Shown: positions 1 through 11,639, numbered from the whole stretch's first letter. The stretch is DNA of 62,929 nucleotides, filler included, from Sphacelaria rigidula (GCA_964200075.2; 11 parts of 11 records of this genome joined end to end with filler, not necessarily neighbours in it), one strand, 5' to 3'. Numbers and translations are program-made. Notes: generated by a model not told the origin, from the sequence alone.

Positions 1-87
1 ATTTTCTGGTATCGCCACTTCAAGAGACAGCCACGGCTTCTACACTGCCTCATGGGTGTCTCACCATGAAATGGGAGGGGGGGGGGG
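1..87 (-). repeat. Interspersed repeat at contig end, also at 39943-40010 (+)
   Basis: The reverse complement of 1-66 (GTGAGACACC...AAGCCGTGGCTGTCTCTTGAAGTGGCGATACCAGAAAAT) matches the end of contig 7. Confidence 0.85.
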
Positions 88-802
88 CAGTCGGAAGAGC
101 ACGTGCGTGATCGACATGTCACTACATACTGTACTTGAGAAATCACCATCATCATGAACAGCATATTTTGTTTTGTGGCAGTGATGATGGTGCCTGACTG
201 AAAACACCCGCTGTCCCGGAATGCAGCAGCATACACAAATAAAAATACCAATTGATTGTTGGAAGTGCTCAAGAAGGAGGTCGATGAACGGGCTTTTCCA
301 CGCGTGGCTTCATAGTAATGTACATTCTTGGTCACAACCACGCGGCCTGTTGACAAGAGCAACAACCTGCGTCATAATCCTGTACTCTGCTGTTATGCCT
401 GGGCGGGCGGTGTGTGCTGTGTTTTGAAACCTGCTCACATTTTCCCCCTTCTCAAATATATGCTGTTGTCGGGGTCATCAGAGGCATCGCTAAGTCGTTG
501 TCGAACAATGCAAGAGACACTCGGAAGCTCAGTGCGAAGTTTGCAGCATGCTTACTTTCTGTCAGTTGTGTGTGCCCAGATAGATACAACCACCACACCG
601 TACGAGCTTAAGACATCACCGACCATACAGACGGTGCGGTAGCGCACACTAGTAGCAGCGCAGCAGGAATGTAGGTCGCTACTGAGTTTTTCTTGTCCTT
701 CACTTCGAAAGCAAGTCAAATTATCCTGTGTTTGTCTCCAAACGGCGACCGCACTTGACCCACCACAGCTACCGACGCACACACCGTCCAAAAAGATAGA
801 CA

Positions 803-1263
803 TCGTCAACCAACGGCGCTTGTTTATTCCTGACATGGCCCAGGCTGTCACTGGTAAGGTTCCTGACGACTCTCCGAAGCGCTGAGTCGCAGTCCGAATT
901 GTTCGGACTTCTCAACCAACGAAGGTTGAGAGAAAAAATCAAGCCGCTTTATTTTCAGAAAAGTCTGAACGCATAGTCCGAAATGACCGAACGTTTCTGG
1001 GCCTTGTCGACACCATTTTTCGGATGTCTCAGAAATTTTCAGTCGTTTCGGACTCTGGCTTCGGCGTCTCTGGAAGTGCAGGAGCTTGATTTCTTCCCCG
1101 AAGCTTCACGTTTGGAGAAGTCCGAAAACTTCCGACTGCAACGCAGCACTTCCGAGAGCTGCCGTGTGCGTACGCCGTGGCGCTCGCAAGCGTTCGAGAG
1201 TCACAGGAACCTTGCCAGTGACGGCCCTGGGCTATGTCGGAGAGTAGAAAGCGCCGTGGGTTG
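803..1263. mobile_element. Diverged foldback/MITE with long imperfect inverted arms
   Basis: CAACCAACGGCGCTT..GACATGGCCCAGGCTGTCACTGGTAAGGTTCCTG (807-864) is the inverted counterpart of CAGGAACCTTGCCAGTGACGGCCCTGGGCTATGTC..AAGCGCCGTGGGTTG (1204-1263). Inner arms lie at ~865-923 and ~1084-1165. Confidence 0.7.
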
Positions 1264-2274
1264 GCGGGGGTGGCGTCCGTACGCCGACGGAAGCGAGCCA
1301 ACGACGACATCAGGACTGTGTCCGTGATGAGAGTTCTCACGGCCACGACAGAACCCGGTAAGAATGCCACCCCTTGGGCTGTTTGGAAATCTCCGAATTT
1401 CCAAGACTTCTCCAATAAACAAAAAATGATAATCATGGACCTGAGAATGCCTGTACTGAAATATAATTGTGCTTGGTATGTGCCGACAGTGAACGTCGTG
1501 ATCGGGGAAGTGTACGATCGCCGCCGTGCGGCATGTATCTCTGGCAAACTGTTACGAAAATACACCGCTGAACCGAAGCGACCCCCCGACAACCGATTGT
1601 TTCCATCATGAAAATCGAGATGGGAATCTTGGTGCACCATGGTTTTCCAGGTTGCCGTTTTGAGGATCCGGGAGTACCTTGAGTATCGGCTGCTGGAGAT
1701 ACCGAGTGGGCCTGGGGTGTCTGGGGACACTATGATCCCACATAAGAATTGGCTACCGCAGGCGCCGTGTCTATGCTCCGCTTGTAGAGTCCGGATTGGT
1801 GGATATAGTTTATAGCACACACAGGTTCCTAATTCTCGAGAGGATGAGTCATTGGTGGGAGCCAGACAGCCAGCGCCATATTGGTCATGGATAATGACCT
1901 ATCGTAGATACTGTCTAGTGTACGGGACCTGAATCACGGAACACCAGGAACGCGTTCTCCCCATATCGGCTAAAACTAACCATCGAATGCTGCACCCGTA
2001 ATTTGGGTAGAGTATCGGCATCATACTCAAATATCCCAAAAGATGGGCGGAGTATCGGCATCGTACCAAACTCTACCGCAACTGTAGATAGAGTGTTGAA
2101 TTCGCACCCAATTCACCCAGGCCTTAAGTAGAGTAAATACCCGATCCGGGTATCATCCGCGCTACTCAAAAGGATATACCCTACCCGATCTGCCCAAGAA
2201 ATGTTCCAGGGTACCTACCCCAACATGCTCGTACCCGTACCGTACCCGTACCATCTTTGAATGTGTTTTGCCAG

Positions 2275-2484
2275 GCGCGGACGTTGGAGATGGTGCTGTT
2301 TTACGACGTCCCGAACTGGCTGAGACCTGTTTGCTTTCTCCTCTTCTTCTCATGGGTGGGATGGTTCGCCATGATCATCTTCGGGAGCGACTGGGTTGGC
2401 GTGAACGTTTTCGGAGGGAACCCATCTATCGTGTCCCCGTCGAGCGCCGGTGGCAGCCGTGAACAGAACGAAGGAGGAAATAAG
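2275..2484 (+). CDS. Exon of a sucrose/H+ symporter-like MFS protein (SUT/SUC, SLC45 family)
   Basis: CAG| and |GTACAT boundaries, 70 codons. FSWVGWFAMIIFGSDWVGVNVFGGNP matches the SUT/SLC45 motif W-x-x-WFPF-x-x-F-x-TDW-x-G-x-x-V-Y/F-GG. Confidence 0.85.
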
Positions 2485-3099
2485 GTACATCCTCGTCATA
2501 TTACATCTTTTTCGTGGTCATTGCTGCTGTCGGTGCTTCTGCTGCTGCTGTTGCTGGCGGTGCTGTGTTTCGTGTGTAGTCTGAACCAACCAGATAAAAA
2601 TGTTTGAAGAGTTATTATATTCTACAGAGTACTTGTCACAACATTTGATCAAACGGTAGAGAAACACTTGTTCTGAATGAACCAGATGTAATATCTGACA
2701 GCGTTCGCGCAACGCGTTCTGAACTGGATGCAACATATCTGACGAACTTTTTACTGGAACTTGTCTCATTTTTTTTTTTTGCGATATGTTTTTTTTGTGA
2801 TATGCGCACAGGTACGAGCGAATAGATGAGAGCAGATAAATACATCGGCAGTAGATAATTCTGAAACACGTTCTAGGTTCGTCTGTGCTATCGTGACTGT
2901 TCGGTGGACACTAGGAATCTTGCCGGCGGTTGCGTTTGGTTCGCCAGGAAAATTGCGTGTGTTAGCCACGAAGTTCTACTACAGTAGTGAGACCCCATGT
3001 TACGTGCGTCGTGTGCAAACCCACAAAACTCGACAATGCAGGATTTGATCTATCGTGTGTTGGATGACGATAATACTTTCAGTCTCGGTGTCCCTCGTT

Positions 3100-3485
3100 C
3101 AAACGAGGTTTTGCTTTCCCATGTCCCTGAGCAGCTCTCGTCTCCTGCGGCATGCGAAGGTTGATGTTGCGCTTTCAGACGACAGGATGAACGCCAAACC
3201 TGCCGCAGATTCTAAAACTCAAACACGATCCTGTCGCCTTCATATAAACCCCGATAAGTCACCCGCGGATCGATCGGTTCTCAAAGGGTGATCTCAGCCT
3301 GCAGTGCAAAGCTCATGTCGCTTCATATATGTCTGTAGGCAAGATGATTTTCGCGAGCTATCCTTGTCTTTTCAGAAACTATCGTCTCCTGCTGCACGCG
3401 AAATCGATGTTGCGTCCTCAGACGGAATCTGCCGTAGATCCTAAGTTAGATACGAACCGATCAGAGATGGGATGTTCCATCTTGC
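3100..3485. repeat. Diverged local duplication within the intron
   Basis: CTCGTCTCCTGCGGCATGCGAAGGTTGATGTTGCGCTTTCAGACG (~3137) vs ATCGTCTCCTGCTGCACGCGAAATCGATGTTGCGTCCTCAGACG (~3381). Confidence 0.6.
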
Positions 3486-4612
3486 GATCCGCAATTCAAG
3501 CTTCAAGCCCACCTGCCGTGGATCCTACATCAAATACAACCCCGTCACGGATCGCCTGACCGGCACCTACGGCTCTTGCAGCCGTCCGGGACGTTCGAGA
3601 GCGCCAGATGCCCACTACACGCCTGGCAGCCCTTCGGGTCGCTCAAACATGTCTCACCACACAAAAACAAAAGGGGGCGTTTTGCGCGTGGACAACAGCG
3701 TCTAACGAAGACACAGCGACTGCACAACCATCATGCGATCTATTCAACTTTGTGTACTGTAGATAGACAACACTGTGTTTCCACCGCAATTTTATTCGTA
3801 TCGGAACACAGCAGCAGTACAGCAGCTCAGGCAATGTGCAGCGCAGATCGAACGGTACTAGCAGATCTCAAACGCACCACAGTACTACAATACCTGTAGT
3901 TTAACAATGATGGGTATGGGCACGAAGCTCCTGGTTCGGTATGCAGATGGTGCAACAGCCCACACACCATGACGCGATGAACAATGTGTAGGGAGGAATC
4001 CGTGCTGACTGGGATTTTCGTACCAACCGGAACACAACGTCACTGCAGCAGGTCGGGCAGTCGCCAGCGTAGATAAAACCGTCTTCACAGGGTTCAAACG
4101 CCCCACTTTACGGTGTCAGCCACGACATCGGAATGATGGCTTTGGGCAGGAAGCGACTTGTTCGCTACCAAAGATTACGTTCAGCATACACATGACATTT
4201 TCAATCGCGACAGAAAAACACTGAGTGTCGACTCCAATAATTTCGTAGAGAGCGGGATACAACAACAGTACATCAATTCAGGCAATCCCAGCGGAGACCA
4301 AGCCGTATTTGCATGGTCTACACGCGCCACAGTACAGTCACGGCTACAGCAAATGCTAGAGAGTATGGATGTCGTTGTGCTGCACTACAGTCGAACAAGA
4401 TATGTCCCATACTTGAGTTCTGTACCCGATTATGAGTAGCTCCTCCATTTTGATCGTGGGTTCAACTTGGGGTGCCAATTTGATCAGACACCCGCCCGCT
4501 GACCAAAATTTTCAAAATCGTCGGGGTCACGTTTGTTCACATTTCGTCACTAATTCTGAGCGATAAGATGCGGTTTTTCATTTTTCGTTCAAAATCCGGC
4601 GTGATTTTATGA

Positions 4613-4772
4613 TTTTGAACAGGTCCTATAAGAGTTCGTCTCATAACTTTGAGTTAGTCTCATAACTTTATACAGCGAAATCGTAAAAACAAAGTGGAGC
4701 TTTTGAACAGGCCCTATGAGAGGTAGTCTCATTACTTTATACAGGGACATCGTAAAAACGAAGTGGAGCTTG
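4613..4772. repeat. Short tandem duplication (~69-bp unit)
   Basis: TAGTCTCAT(A/T)ACTTTATACAG..ATCGTAAAAAC(A/G)AAGTGGAGCTT occurs twice, as does TTTTGAACAGG.CCTAT.AGAG. Confidence 0.8.
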
Positions 4773-5285
4773 AGATTAGCAACGCCGACAAAACTTTGAG
4801 TATTGATGTGATTGAATACATCCATGCATACTGGCATTTATATATATGTTGCCTTGTGGTAGTGAATATGCACATGAAGAACATCTCTGAAAGGGGGCAA
4901 TTTTTCACCAATTCCTGAATCTTAAAAGATAAACCATCCCTTTCACAAGATGGCGTCGATGGTGGGAAAAAATAATGTCACCGCAGGATCGAAAAGTCGG
5001 TATTTGAATGCGGTCTCTCTATCATACAGTGTCAGTTAATGAAGCAATAAATGTAGGCGGAGCACTCATGATAAGGCCCATTACGAGTAGATCGTGTTGT
5101 TGTCGGTCACCCGGAGGTCGAATTTTAGCCCTAGAGCATACCGCAGTGGTTCATCGGAGCTTGCTCGAAATTTCATGCTGAGGGTATCTTCAAGCATACT
5201 CCTTTGCCCCCCACTCCTCCCCGCCCTACCACTGCGCTTCATCATTGGGTGCCGCTGTCTCTTGCCCAACATGAACGTGGCTAAG

Positions 5286-5476
5286 GCTTATGATGATGGA
5301 GTAGCCTGGGCATCCATAGGACTGGCGCTTCAGGCGATGATGGTGACGGGCATGGGCTGTGGGCCGGTAACTTGGCTGGTGCAAACGTTTGGGTTGAGGG
5401 GAGGGTTTCTGATGGCCGTGTCGTCTCAGGTCGTCTTGCTCCTCATCGCTGCTTCGGTGGAACCAGGACCGTTTGG
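5286..5476 (+). CDS. Next exon of the same SUT/SLC45-like transporter
   Basis: AAG| and |GTGAGA boundaries, phase-0 join to the previous exon (GGNK|AYDDGVAWASIGLALQA). This matches the family motif Y-x-x-GV-x-x-G-x-x-GL. The intron is 2485-5285. Confidence 0.85.
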
Positions 5477-5630
5477 GTGAGAAAACATGTTTTTTTCGTT
5501 TTCTTCGCTTGTTTGAAGACGCAGGTTGGTCCTTTGTAGCTTGGGAGGGGGGGGGGGGGGGGGCAATGAAAAACCCTTTTCACGTTTTTTTTTTTTAGGA
5601 TTTGGGGGAAAAAAAACCGCAGGGAGGAAT

Positions 5631-5730
5631 NNNNNNNNNNNNNNNNNNNNNNNNNNNNNNNNNNNNNNNNNNNNTTAATTAATTAANNNNNNNNNNNNNN
5701 NNNNNNNNNNNNNNNNNNNNNNNNNNNNNN
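5631..5730. other. Artificial contig spacer (N44-TTAATTAATTAA-N44); identical spacers at 11361, 17091, 22821, 28551, 34281, 40011, 45741, 51471, 57201
   Basis: Ten identical 100-bp spacers, each with a six-frame stop linker, spaced exactly 5730 bp apart. Confidence 0.99.
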
Positions 5731-5801
5731 AAGGGATGCGTGGTCAATGGTCAAACGATTCAGGCAAGCAACAAATGAGTACGCCCCCCTATCGTAGCAT
5801 G
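5731..5801 (+). mobile_element. Probable LINE 3' terminus (ORF end KGCVVNGQTIQASNK*, poly-C, TATCGTAGCAT)
   Basis: Near-identical to the reverse complement of 62856-62920. Confidence 0.7.
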
Positions 5802-6227
5802 TTTCAGCACAGTAGGTGGGGCGTGAAAGGGAAGCCGGGAAAGTACAGTACAAACAGCGCAAAACTATTTACATAATAACTGTTCTCTACTTATAAAGTG
5901 CAACATGAAAAGGACTTGTACAACGTGCAGCTTTGTACGGCGTGCACTGTCCATACTGAGTATATATATGCAGTAAGCCGGTTAGTTCCCATCCTATATC
6001 CCGAGTGGTTCCCTCCCGCGCGATGCCGCGACCATGAGAGAAGATGCTCAAGTTTCCAACAAGAAAGACATCATACCCAACCACGGCAGTGTGCATCTAT
6101 ATCCCTGTGCCCAACTCGTGCTCATTGCTGCAGGGTCGTGGTGGTAGCTGGGAGTAAGTGTTGTGGTGTTTGCATGGTGAGATCTCTGAACGGCGGGTGA
6201 TTTACATCTTCGGGTGATGGTCTATAC

Positions 6228-6425
6228 TGTAACGCGTGAGAGGACCGCGTGCTTAGAGGACTGCATCGGAATTTGAACATCCCAATGGTTAGGGTTAGTG
6301 TTGGGGTTGTGGTCAGGGCCGTAGTACCTGCAGGGACTGGCCCGATTGGTTTTGAAAAACGTCGATCCTGGGGTGTTTGAACTACGGCGCGGTCCTCTAA
6401 GCACGCAGTCCTCTCACGCATTACA
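6228..6425 (+). mobile_element. MITE with ~37-bp TG..CA TIRs, 5-bp TSD (TATAC) and internal TTAGGG-like array
   Basis: Ends are TGTAACGCGTGAGAGGACCGCGTGCTTAGAGGAC and GTCCTCTAAGCACGCAGTCCTCTCACGCATTACA. TATAC lies at 6223-6227 and 6426-6430. Confidence 0.9.
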
Positions 6426-7137
6426 TATACTACACAAGATTTCTTGGGTCTCAAGGGTGCCCTGGAGGCAGTTAGGACACAAATGTCGTCCAGATTTTGA
6501 TGTTGTAGTACAATCAACCTCCAGAGGTAAATCTACACGCTGGAGAGTGTTGTTTCCCCAAATTTCTCCAGAGGCACCCCCAGTAAAACTAAGTTTTCAA
6601 GGGAATCATGTGCCCTCCAGAGGATTCGTTTCTATAACCGGAACTGAGGATAAAATACCCTCTAGAAGAGGGTATTGTTATTCTCCGGAGGGTCATTTCA
6701 CCGTCGAGAGAATGAAAATCGCGATGGATAATTTTCAAAGAGGAGCCGAATGGCCGCGTAAGAGTGAGAACGACTCTTATCATTTTTCGTGACCCTTCTG
6801 TCCTTTGCCACACCTTGTGAACACCACACGAAGGTGTAGACCTTGTGAACACATTCGAAACGTCCAAACGCCTCAAATTGATCTTCGACAACGTTTATGG
6901 TTGAATAGGGTTGCTTGATACAGCAGCCTTGCGAGGGTCAACACCCTGAAAAGGTCTGAGATATACACGCATACAATGTGCGAGGTTGCAGAGGGTTCCT
7001 TGACACAGCACTTTGCTGTGTGAGTGGACATCAAGATGGGGTCTGATATTGTGTGCCAACATCGAAATCCTCTGAATGGCATGTTTCTAAAACCCCGTTC
7101 TTGCTACTGCATATATGCTGTTGATGGAGTATTACAC

Positions 7138-7342
7138 TCAACAACTGCAGAGATTGTCGAAAGCTCGTCTTGCTCCCAATCGAACTAGTTGGGCAGGGCG
7201 GGAACTATCGACAGCCTTTCCTGTTGAAATTCCACACAAGGCTGCAAATGCAGAGCCAAAGACCGAAGTTACATCAGTACCTTGATGAACGAATGGAGTT
7301 TGAAAACCCCGTACCCCGGTATCTCCTAACCGTATTTGGCAT
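7138..7342 (-). CDS. Possible terminal exon of an unidentified gene
   Basis: CTGCAG acceptor, open frame CQIRLGDTGVRGFQTPFVHQG...NLCSC*, phase-compatible with the candidate exon 9781-9954. No recognisable family. Confidence 0.25.
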
Positions 7343-7899
7343 CTGCAGGGTAAATACACCGCATCGCGGCTTCTGTACTCTGACAGAGGTACGAGTCAGT
7401 ATCTTTACGACTGGTAGACAACGAACTACGGGGTTTCAGAACCCAAATGATTAGATGTGCGAGGTGTGTAGAGATTCTAACCGCTATTGCCACTAGCTAC
7501 AAAAGTTGAGCCGGTACAGTGTGGCCGCGTGGTCACACACTTAGTCAATGTATGGGATTTACATTACAGCGGAGGCTGTTAAAGAGTGTATCCCTTTGAT
7601 CAATAATAATTGATATATGGATTGGGGGGCAGAACTGGGGGGAAGAGGATGGGTTTTCAACGATTTATGCTGCCCCTCGAATCTCATCCGCTAATGACAG
7701 TACAACAGAATGTGGGACTTGAGCAGCAGAGACTGATCGCGAAGAGTTTTTGTTTTGCCCAATTTCAAAACGAATTGGCGGGCAAAGTGAGGATTTATTT
7801 CGACCAGCTTCTCCTATATACAAATCCCACCTGACAGTATATATGGGATTTGAACAGCCCCTGCTGATCGAAAGAAATCCTTCATTCCCGATTCCAAAA

Positions 7900-8740
7900 A
7901 TCTTACCCTTTCCCTGGGTCGGTCTTGTCTCCTTTCTTGAAGACGTTGGCTACTACTCCTTCTCTCCACCCTTTGGGTGGGTACTCGTTTTGTCATATCC
8001 AATTACACAGATTGTCGCCATGGTCATTATTCCCTCTCCCTCATAGTTCAGAAATCCATTCACTATTTCGTCTGCCCCTGCTGCCCTTATGTTTTTGAGT
8101 TTAGCTACGCACTCCTTCGCTATATCTCTTGGGACCATCTCCGTACTCCCTTCGAGTCCCTATCCTCCGGCTTTGATGCCTCTACATTTGTCTCTGCCCG
8201 CGCGTTAATTTCTTGCTCGAACCCCGTTTCGAATTCCTTGTTAGTGTTTGTTGTACCTAGTTTACGGTAGTACTCTTCTAGTACTTCTCGCTCCCCCTTC
8301 GCACTTCTTTTTTATTCTACCGTTCTGTGCCCGCCGTGTGGGTATCCCCTTGTCTATCTTTCCTGCCTGATTTTCAATGATCTCTTGTATCCCCACCCAC
8401 ATTTTCTTCATGCCACCATCGAAATCTTCACTTGTTCCATTCACTCACTCGTCTTATATTGCCTTCGTCTTCTTTCCTATAGTATCCCTTACCTCCTTTC
8501 AAACGTACTCCTCCCATCCTAGCGTAATTTTACTCGATACATTTTCTGCGCGCCTCTCTACGCACTCTTGTGGCCTATTTTACTTCCCCATCCCACCATT
8601 TTTTCTCGGTTGCATACGATCAGTTTTTCCCCTTTTATCCTTCTTGCTGTGGTCTTGACAAGTTGCTCCCACCATCGTAAATTGTTCGCTCATGCTCGAT
8701 CCCTTCACGTTTCGGTGTTAAGTGTACCTGCGCTTTCCAA
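7900..8740 (-). mobile_element. Degenerate non-LTR retrotransposon (LINE) ORF fragment, region N-terminal to the RT core
   Basis: Frameshifted blocks KWWDGEVK, MKKMWVGI, CVAKLKNIRAAGADEIVNGFLNYEGEG and WREGVVANVFKKGDKTDPG. Same family as 56750-57002. Confidence 0.85.
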
Positions 8741-9179
8741 TCACATGGGGAGGGAGAAGGAGAGGGGGGTTACACAAAAAACAGGGGCTCATAGGTGTTT
8801 CAAAGGACCCCACAAGGTCGCCGTACGCTTGTATGTGATACAGGCGGTATACCTGAGTGCTTCTGTTTATTACCAAGCGCGTTCGAACAACATTTGATGC
8901 TTTCAACGGCGATTTGAAGTGGCATTTTCGTGCAAGAAATGGCCTAGGCTACCCCCCCCCGCCCGTCGCCCTTGTTATGGGATGACTCAAGCCGAACACA
9001 CATTCAACGCCTCATGTATCTCGTGATCAACGTATGAGCAGCGTTGAGGTGATGGGTGATGTTTGTGCCGATTGGTGAGGCCCATACAAGTTAGTTGCTG
9101 CGTTTCGTGGAAATCTCATCTAGCTCCAAACGAATGGAAGCGAGCACAATCAATCATGCCGTATTTTCTCACTATCCAC

Positions 9180-9364
9180 CGTCATGCGTGAGAGGATCGC
9201 GTGCTTTGAGGATCACGTTGGAATCCGAACATCCCTATGGTGAGGGTTAGGGTTAGGGTTAGTGTTGGAGTTGGGGTCAGGGGCGTGATTCCCGCAGGGA
9301 CTGGCCCGAGGTGTTTCGAGCCACGGCGCGGTCCTCTGAGCACGCGGACCTCTCACGTATTACA
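9180..9364 (+). mobile_element. Telomeric-array MITE, copy 2
   Basis: Same TIRs, internal GAGGGTTAGGGTTAGGGTTAGTGTTGGAGTTGGGG. The flanks share CCAC. Confidence 0.85.
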
Positions 9365-9780
9365 CCACTTTCTTGTGGAGACGAACACGCACTTCCTTCA
9401 TGTCATTCATGGGGCATATGCCCTAAAAACCACATCGATCAAGGGTACATATTTTTACACCCTGATTAGTAACATTAAAAACCATCCAAGGTGTTCAGAT
9501 CTTACGAGCGTTCAGATCGCGCGTTTCAAAGACCGCATCGGAGATTGAACATCTCGAGACCAACGTGTCGGGAGGACAGCGACACGAGGATGACGCAGTG
9601 TACCCCAAGGAGAAGAGCAAGAATAACAAAACCACAAAATTCACACGACAGTAGCGCGTGTAGGAGTCATTCTCGCAGGCGTATTGTGATGGGAAATAGT
9701 TGACACCAGCAATGCTACGAGGGTGTCGGCGCCTACCACGTCGTCACGACTGCACCGACGAACTAATGCTAGGTACTCAC

Positions 9781-9954
9781 AGGTGCCAGCTGTTAGAATG
9801 AGTCCCAGACGAGTAACTGGTGTCTGACATCCATCGTTCTGAAATCATTGCTCCCCTCCGTCGCGGGACACACGGCGCCGTTGTCGTGTCGCTGCCCTCC
9901 GGACACGTCGGTTCCTGGGTGGTCAAATCCGATGCGGTCATGAACGCACAAGAT
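9781..9954 (-). CDS. Possible internal exon of an unidentified gene
   Basis: Strong GTGAGT donor, weak GAG acceptor. Frame SCAFMTASDLTTQEPTC...SNSWHL. Confidence 0.25.
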
Positions 9955-10332
9955 CTCAAAACGCATTACATACAATTCCTACTTGTCATCCGTGCGGCAT
10001 GAACCAAGAGTTCATATTTCCAAAAGTAGGATAGATAGTGACTCGTCTGAAATTTCTTTGCTTTTGGTATAACTGACCCTACTCATGTACGCATTAATCC
10101 TAGAGCTCCTTCTTCAGCATTTCACCCCGGCTACGCAGTCCAGCAGCATTAAGACAGTAGTGCAACTTCGCCCAGATATTCTAGACCCGTGAACATCGTT
10201 TTTCTGTCTTTCAAACCACAAGGCCCCAGGAATTGCACGTGTGCAATTCGAACCAGCAATGATTCGCCGATCCTTGCATACCCATCACAAGTGGTTCGTG
10301 AAGCGTAAATGTCATCCACGTGTTTTGCGCAA

Positions 10333-10473
10333 GGGTAAAGGTTAGTGTGGGGGTTAGGGTCAGGGGCGTGGACCCTGCAGAGACTGGCCCGATTGGTTTT
10401 CAATATCGTCGATCCTGAGGTGTTTCCAACTACGACGCGGTCCCCGGAGAACACGGTCCTCTCACGCATTACA
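10333..10473 (+). mobile_element. Telomeric-array MITE, copy 3 (left end missing)
   Basis: Begins within the GGGTTA-like array and ends in CTCTCACGCATTACA. Confidence 0.8.
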
Positions 10474-10730
10474 GATCACCTCGGTACGACATTCCCGGCT
10501 TGGTGGGTTGAATCGGTTCAGAATCGAGCGCGATACAAGGATTTCTATCAGACAAGCACAGTACAACAAAACACGCGCAAACGCTGCTTCCTCTGTTTAT
10601 ATACTGAATAATAGATTGCCGTGATTCAACTACCACTGACTGTACGTAGATGACCAAGTGCTTGCGCTAGGCAAAATGCGCTCGTACCTGGGGGTGTTTT
10701 AGAGTGTGCGTTTGGGATCGGTTTTGGTCC

Positions 10731-10812
10731 ATTGATTGACTTGTCGCTCATTAACTGACCCCCCAGGGGTCCAGCCGTCTCTATCCGTACCCAAGAAAAC
10801 CAAAACGGAAAC
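10731..10812 (-). repeat. Retroposon-like 3' tail family ending in (CAAT)n; copies also at ~57790-57880, ~58226-58300, ~59650-59730 (opposite orientation) and ~62066-62170
   Basis: Shared GATTGATTG..TGTCGC.C.TTAACTGACCCCCA.G.G.TCCAGCCGT..CGTACCC. Confidence 0.75.
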
Positions 10813-11061
10813 ACTCGCTGAAGAGAAGAAGGAACAGAAAAACGTCGAGCAGAACGACATAGTAGACTATGACGTGAAAAAGAATAAGGAGAACAACACC
10901 GAGAACAAGAAGAGTAGTGCTACGGTAGAGGTGCACAGATATTTCCTAGGGTTACAATTGTTAGGAGCCTTTCATCTAATGCCAAACACTACAGTACTTA
11001 TGAAAGCGCGTGAGAGTATGCCAGGATTACTATTCCAATGTGCTTTTGTAGGGATATCCCG

Positions 11062-11284
11062 TGTAATGCGTGAGAGTACCGCGTGCTAAGAAGACCGCGC
11101 CGTAGTCAAGAACACCTCAGGATCGATGTTTTTCAAAACCAATCGGGCCAGTCCCTGCAGGTACCACGCTCCTGACCCTAACCCCGATACTAACCCTAAC
11201 CCCGATACTAACCCTAACCCCAACCATAGGGATTTTCAAATTCCGATGCGGTCCTCTAAGCACGCGGTCCTCTCACGCATTGCA
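11062..11284 (-). mobile_element. Telomeric-array MITE, copy 4, 5-bp TSD TCCCG
   Basis: TIRs TGTAATGCGTGAGAG... and ...CTCTCACGCATTGCA. TCCCG lies at 11057-11061 and 11285-11289. CCCTAA array at ~11175-11225. Confidence 0.9.
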
Positions 11285-11639
11285 TCCCGAATAAATTTAG
11301 AAACGGGGATGCCCTGACCCATATTCTTGTGCATCTAGAATCGTTAGGAGCCCCTGAACCNNNNNNNNNNNNNNNNNNNNNNNNNNNNNNNNNNNNNNNN
11401 NNNNTTAATTAATTAANNNNNNNNNNNNNNNNNNNNNNNNNNNNNNNNNNNNNNNNNNNNAACGCAAGCGTGGAAGGATGTCTCACACAATTATGAGCCT
11501 CTTTTTTCGTGTAACCAAATACCCCCCCCCTATCGTAGGATGACTCAAAGGAAAAATGATCGTGTAGTTTTAAGTGGAACGTTGCTGCAGAAACATCAAT
11601 ATTGCATGAGAGTGATGCTACGGTAGGGTTGCACTTTTC

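Noticed and set aside
395..490. Hammerhead-like core on the minus strand (CTGATGA-CCCC..GGGG-GAAA, with ATGCCT/AGGCAT as stem I)
   Set aside because: There is no U-H cleavage site (CC instead) and no proper stem III, so it is probably a chance match.
769..853. Apparent exon (CAG..GTAAGG) upstream of the transporter exon
   Set aside because: It lies in the arm of an inverted-repeat element, and its phase does not fit the next acceptor.
1029..1820. 263-aa minus-strand ORF
   Set aside because: No recognisable domain, and it partly overlaps a foldback element.
5675..5686. Regularly spaced TTAATTAATTAA palindromes
   Set aside because: These are synthetic linkers inside the N gaps.
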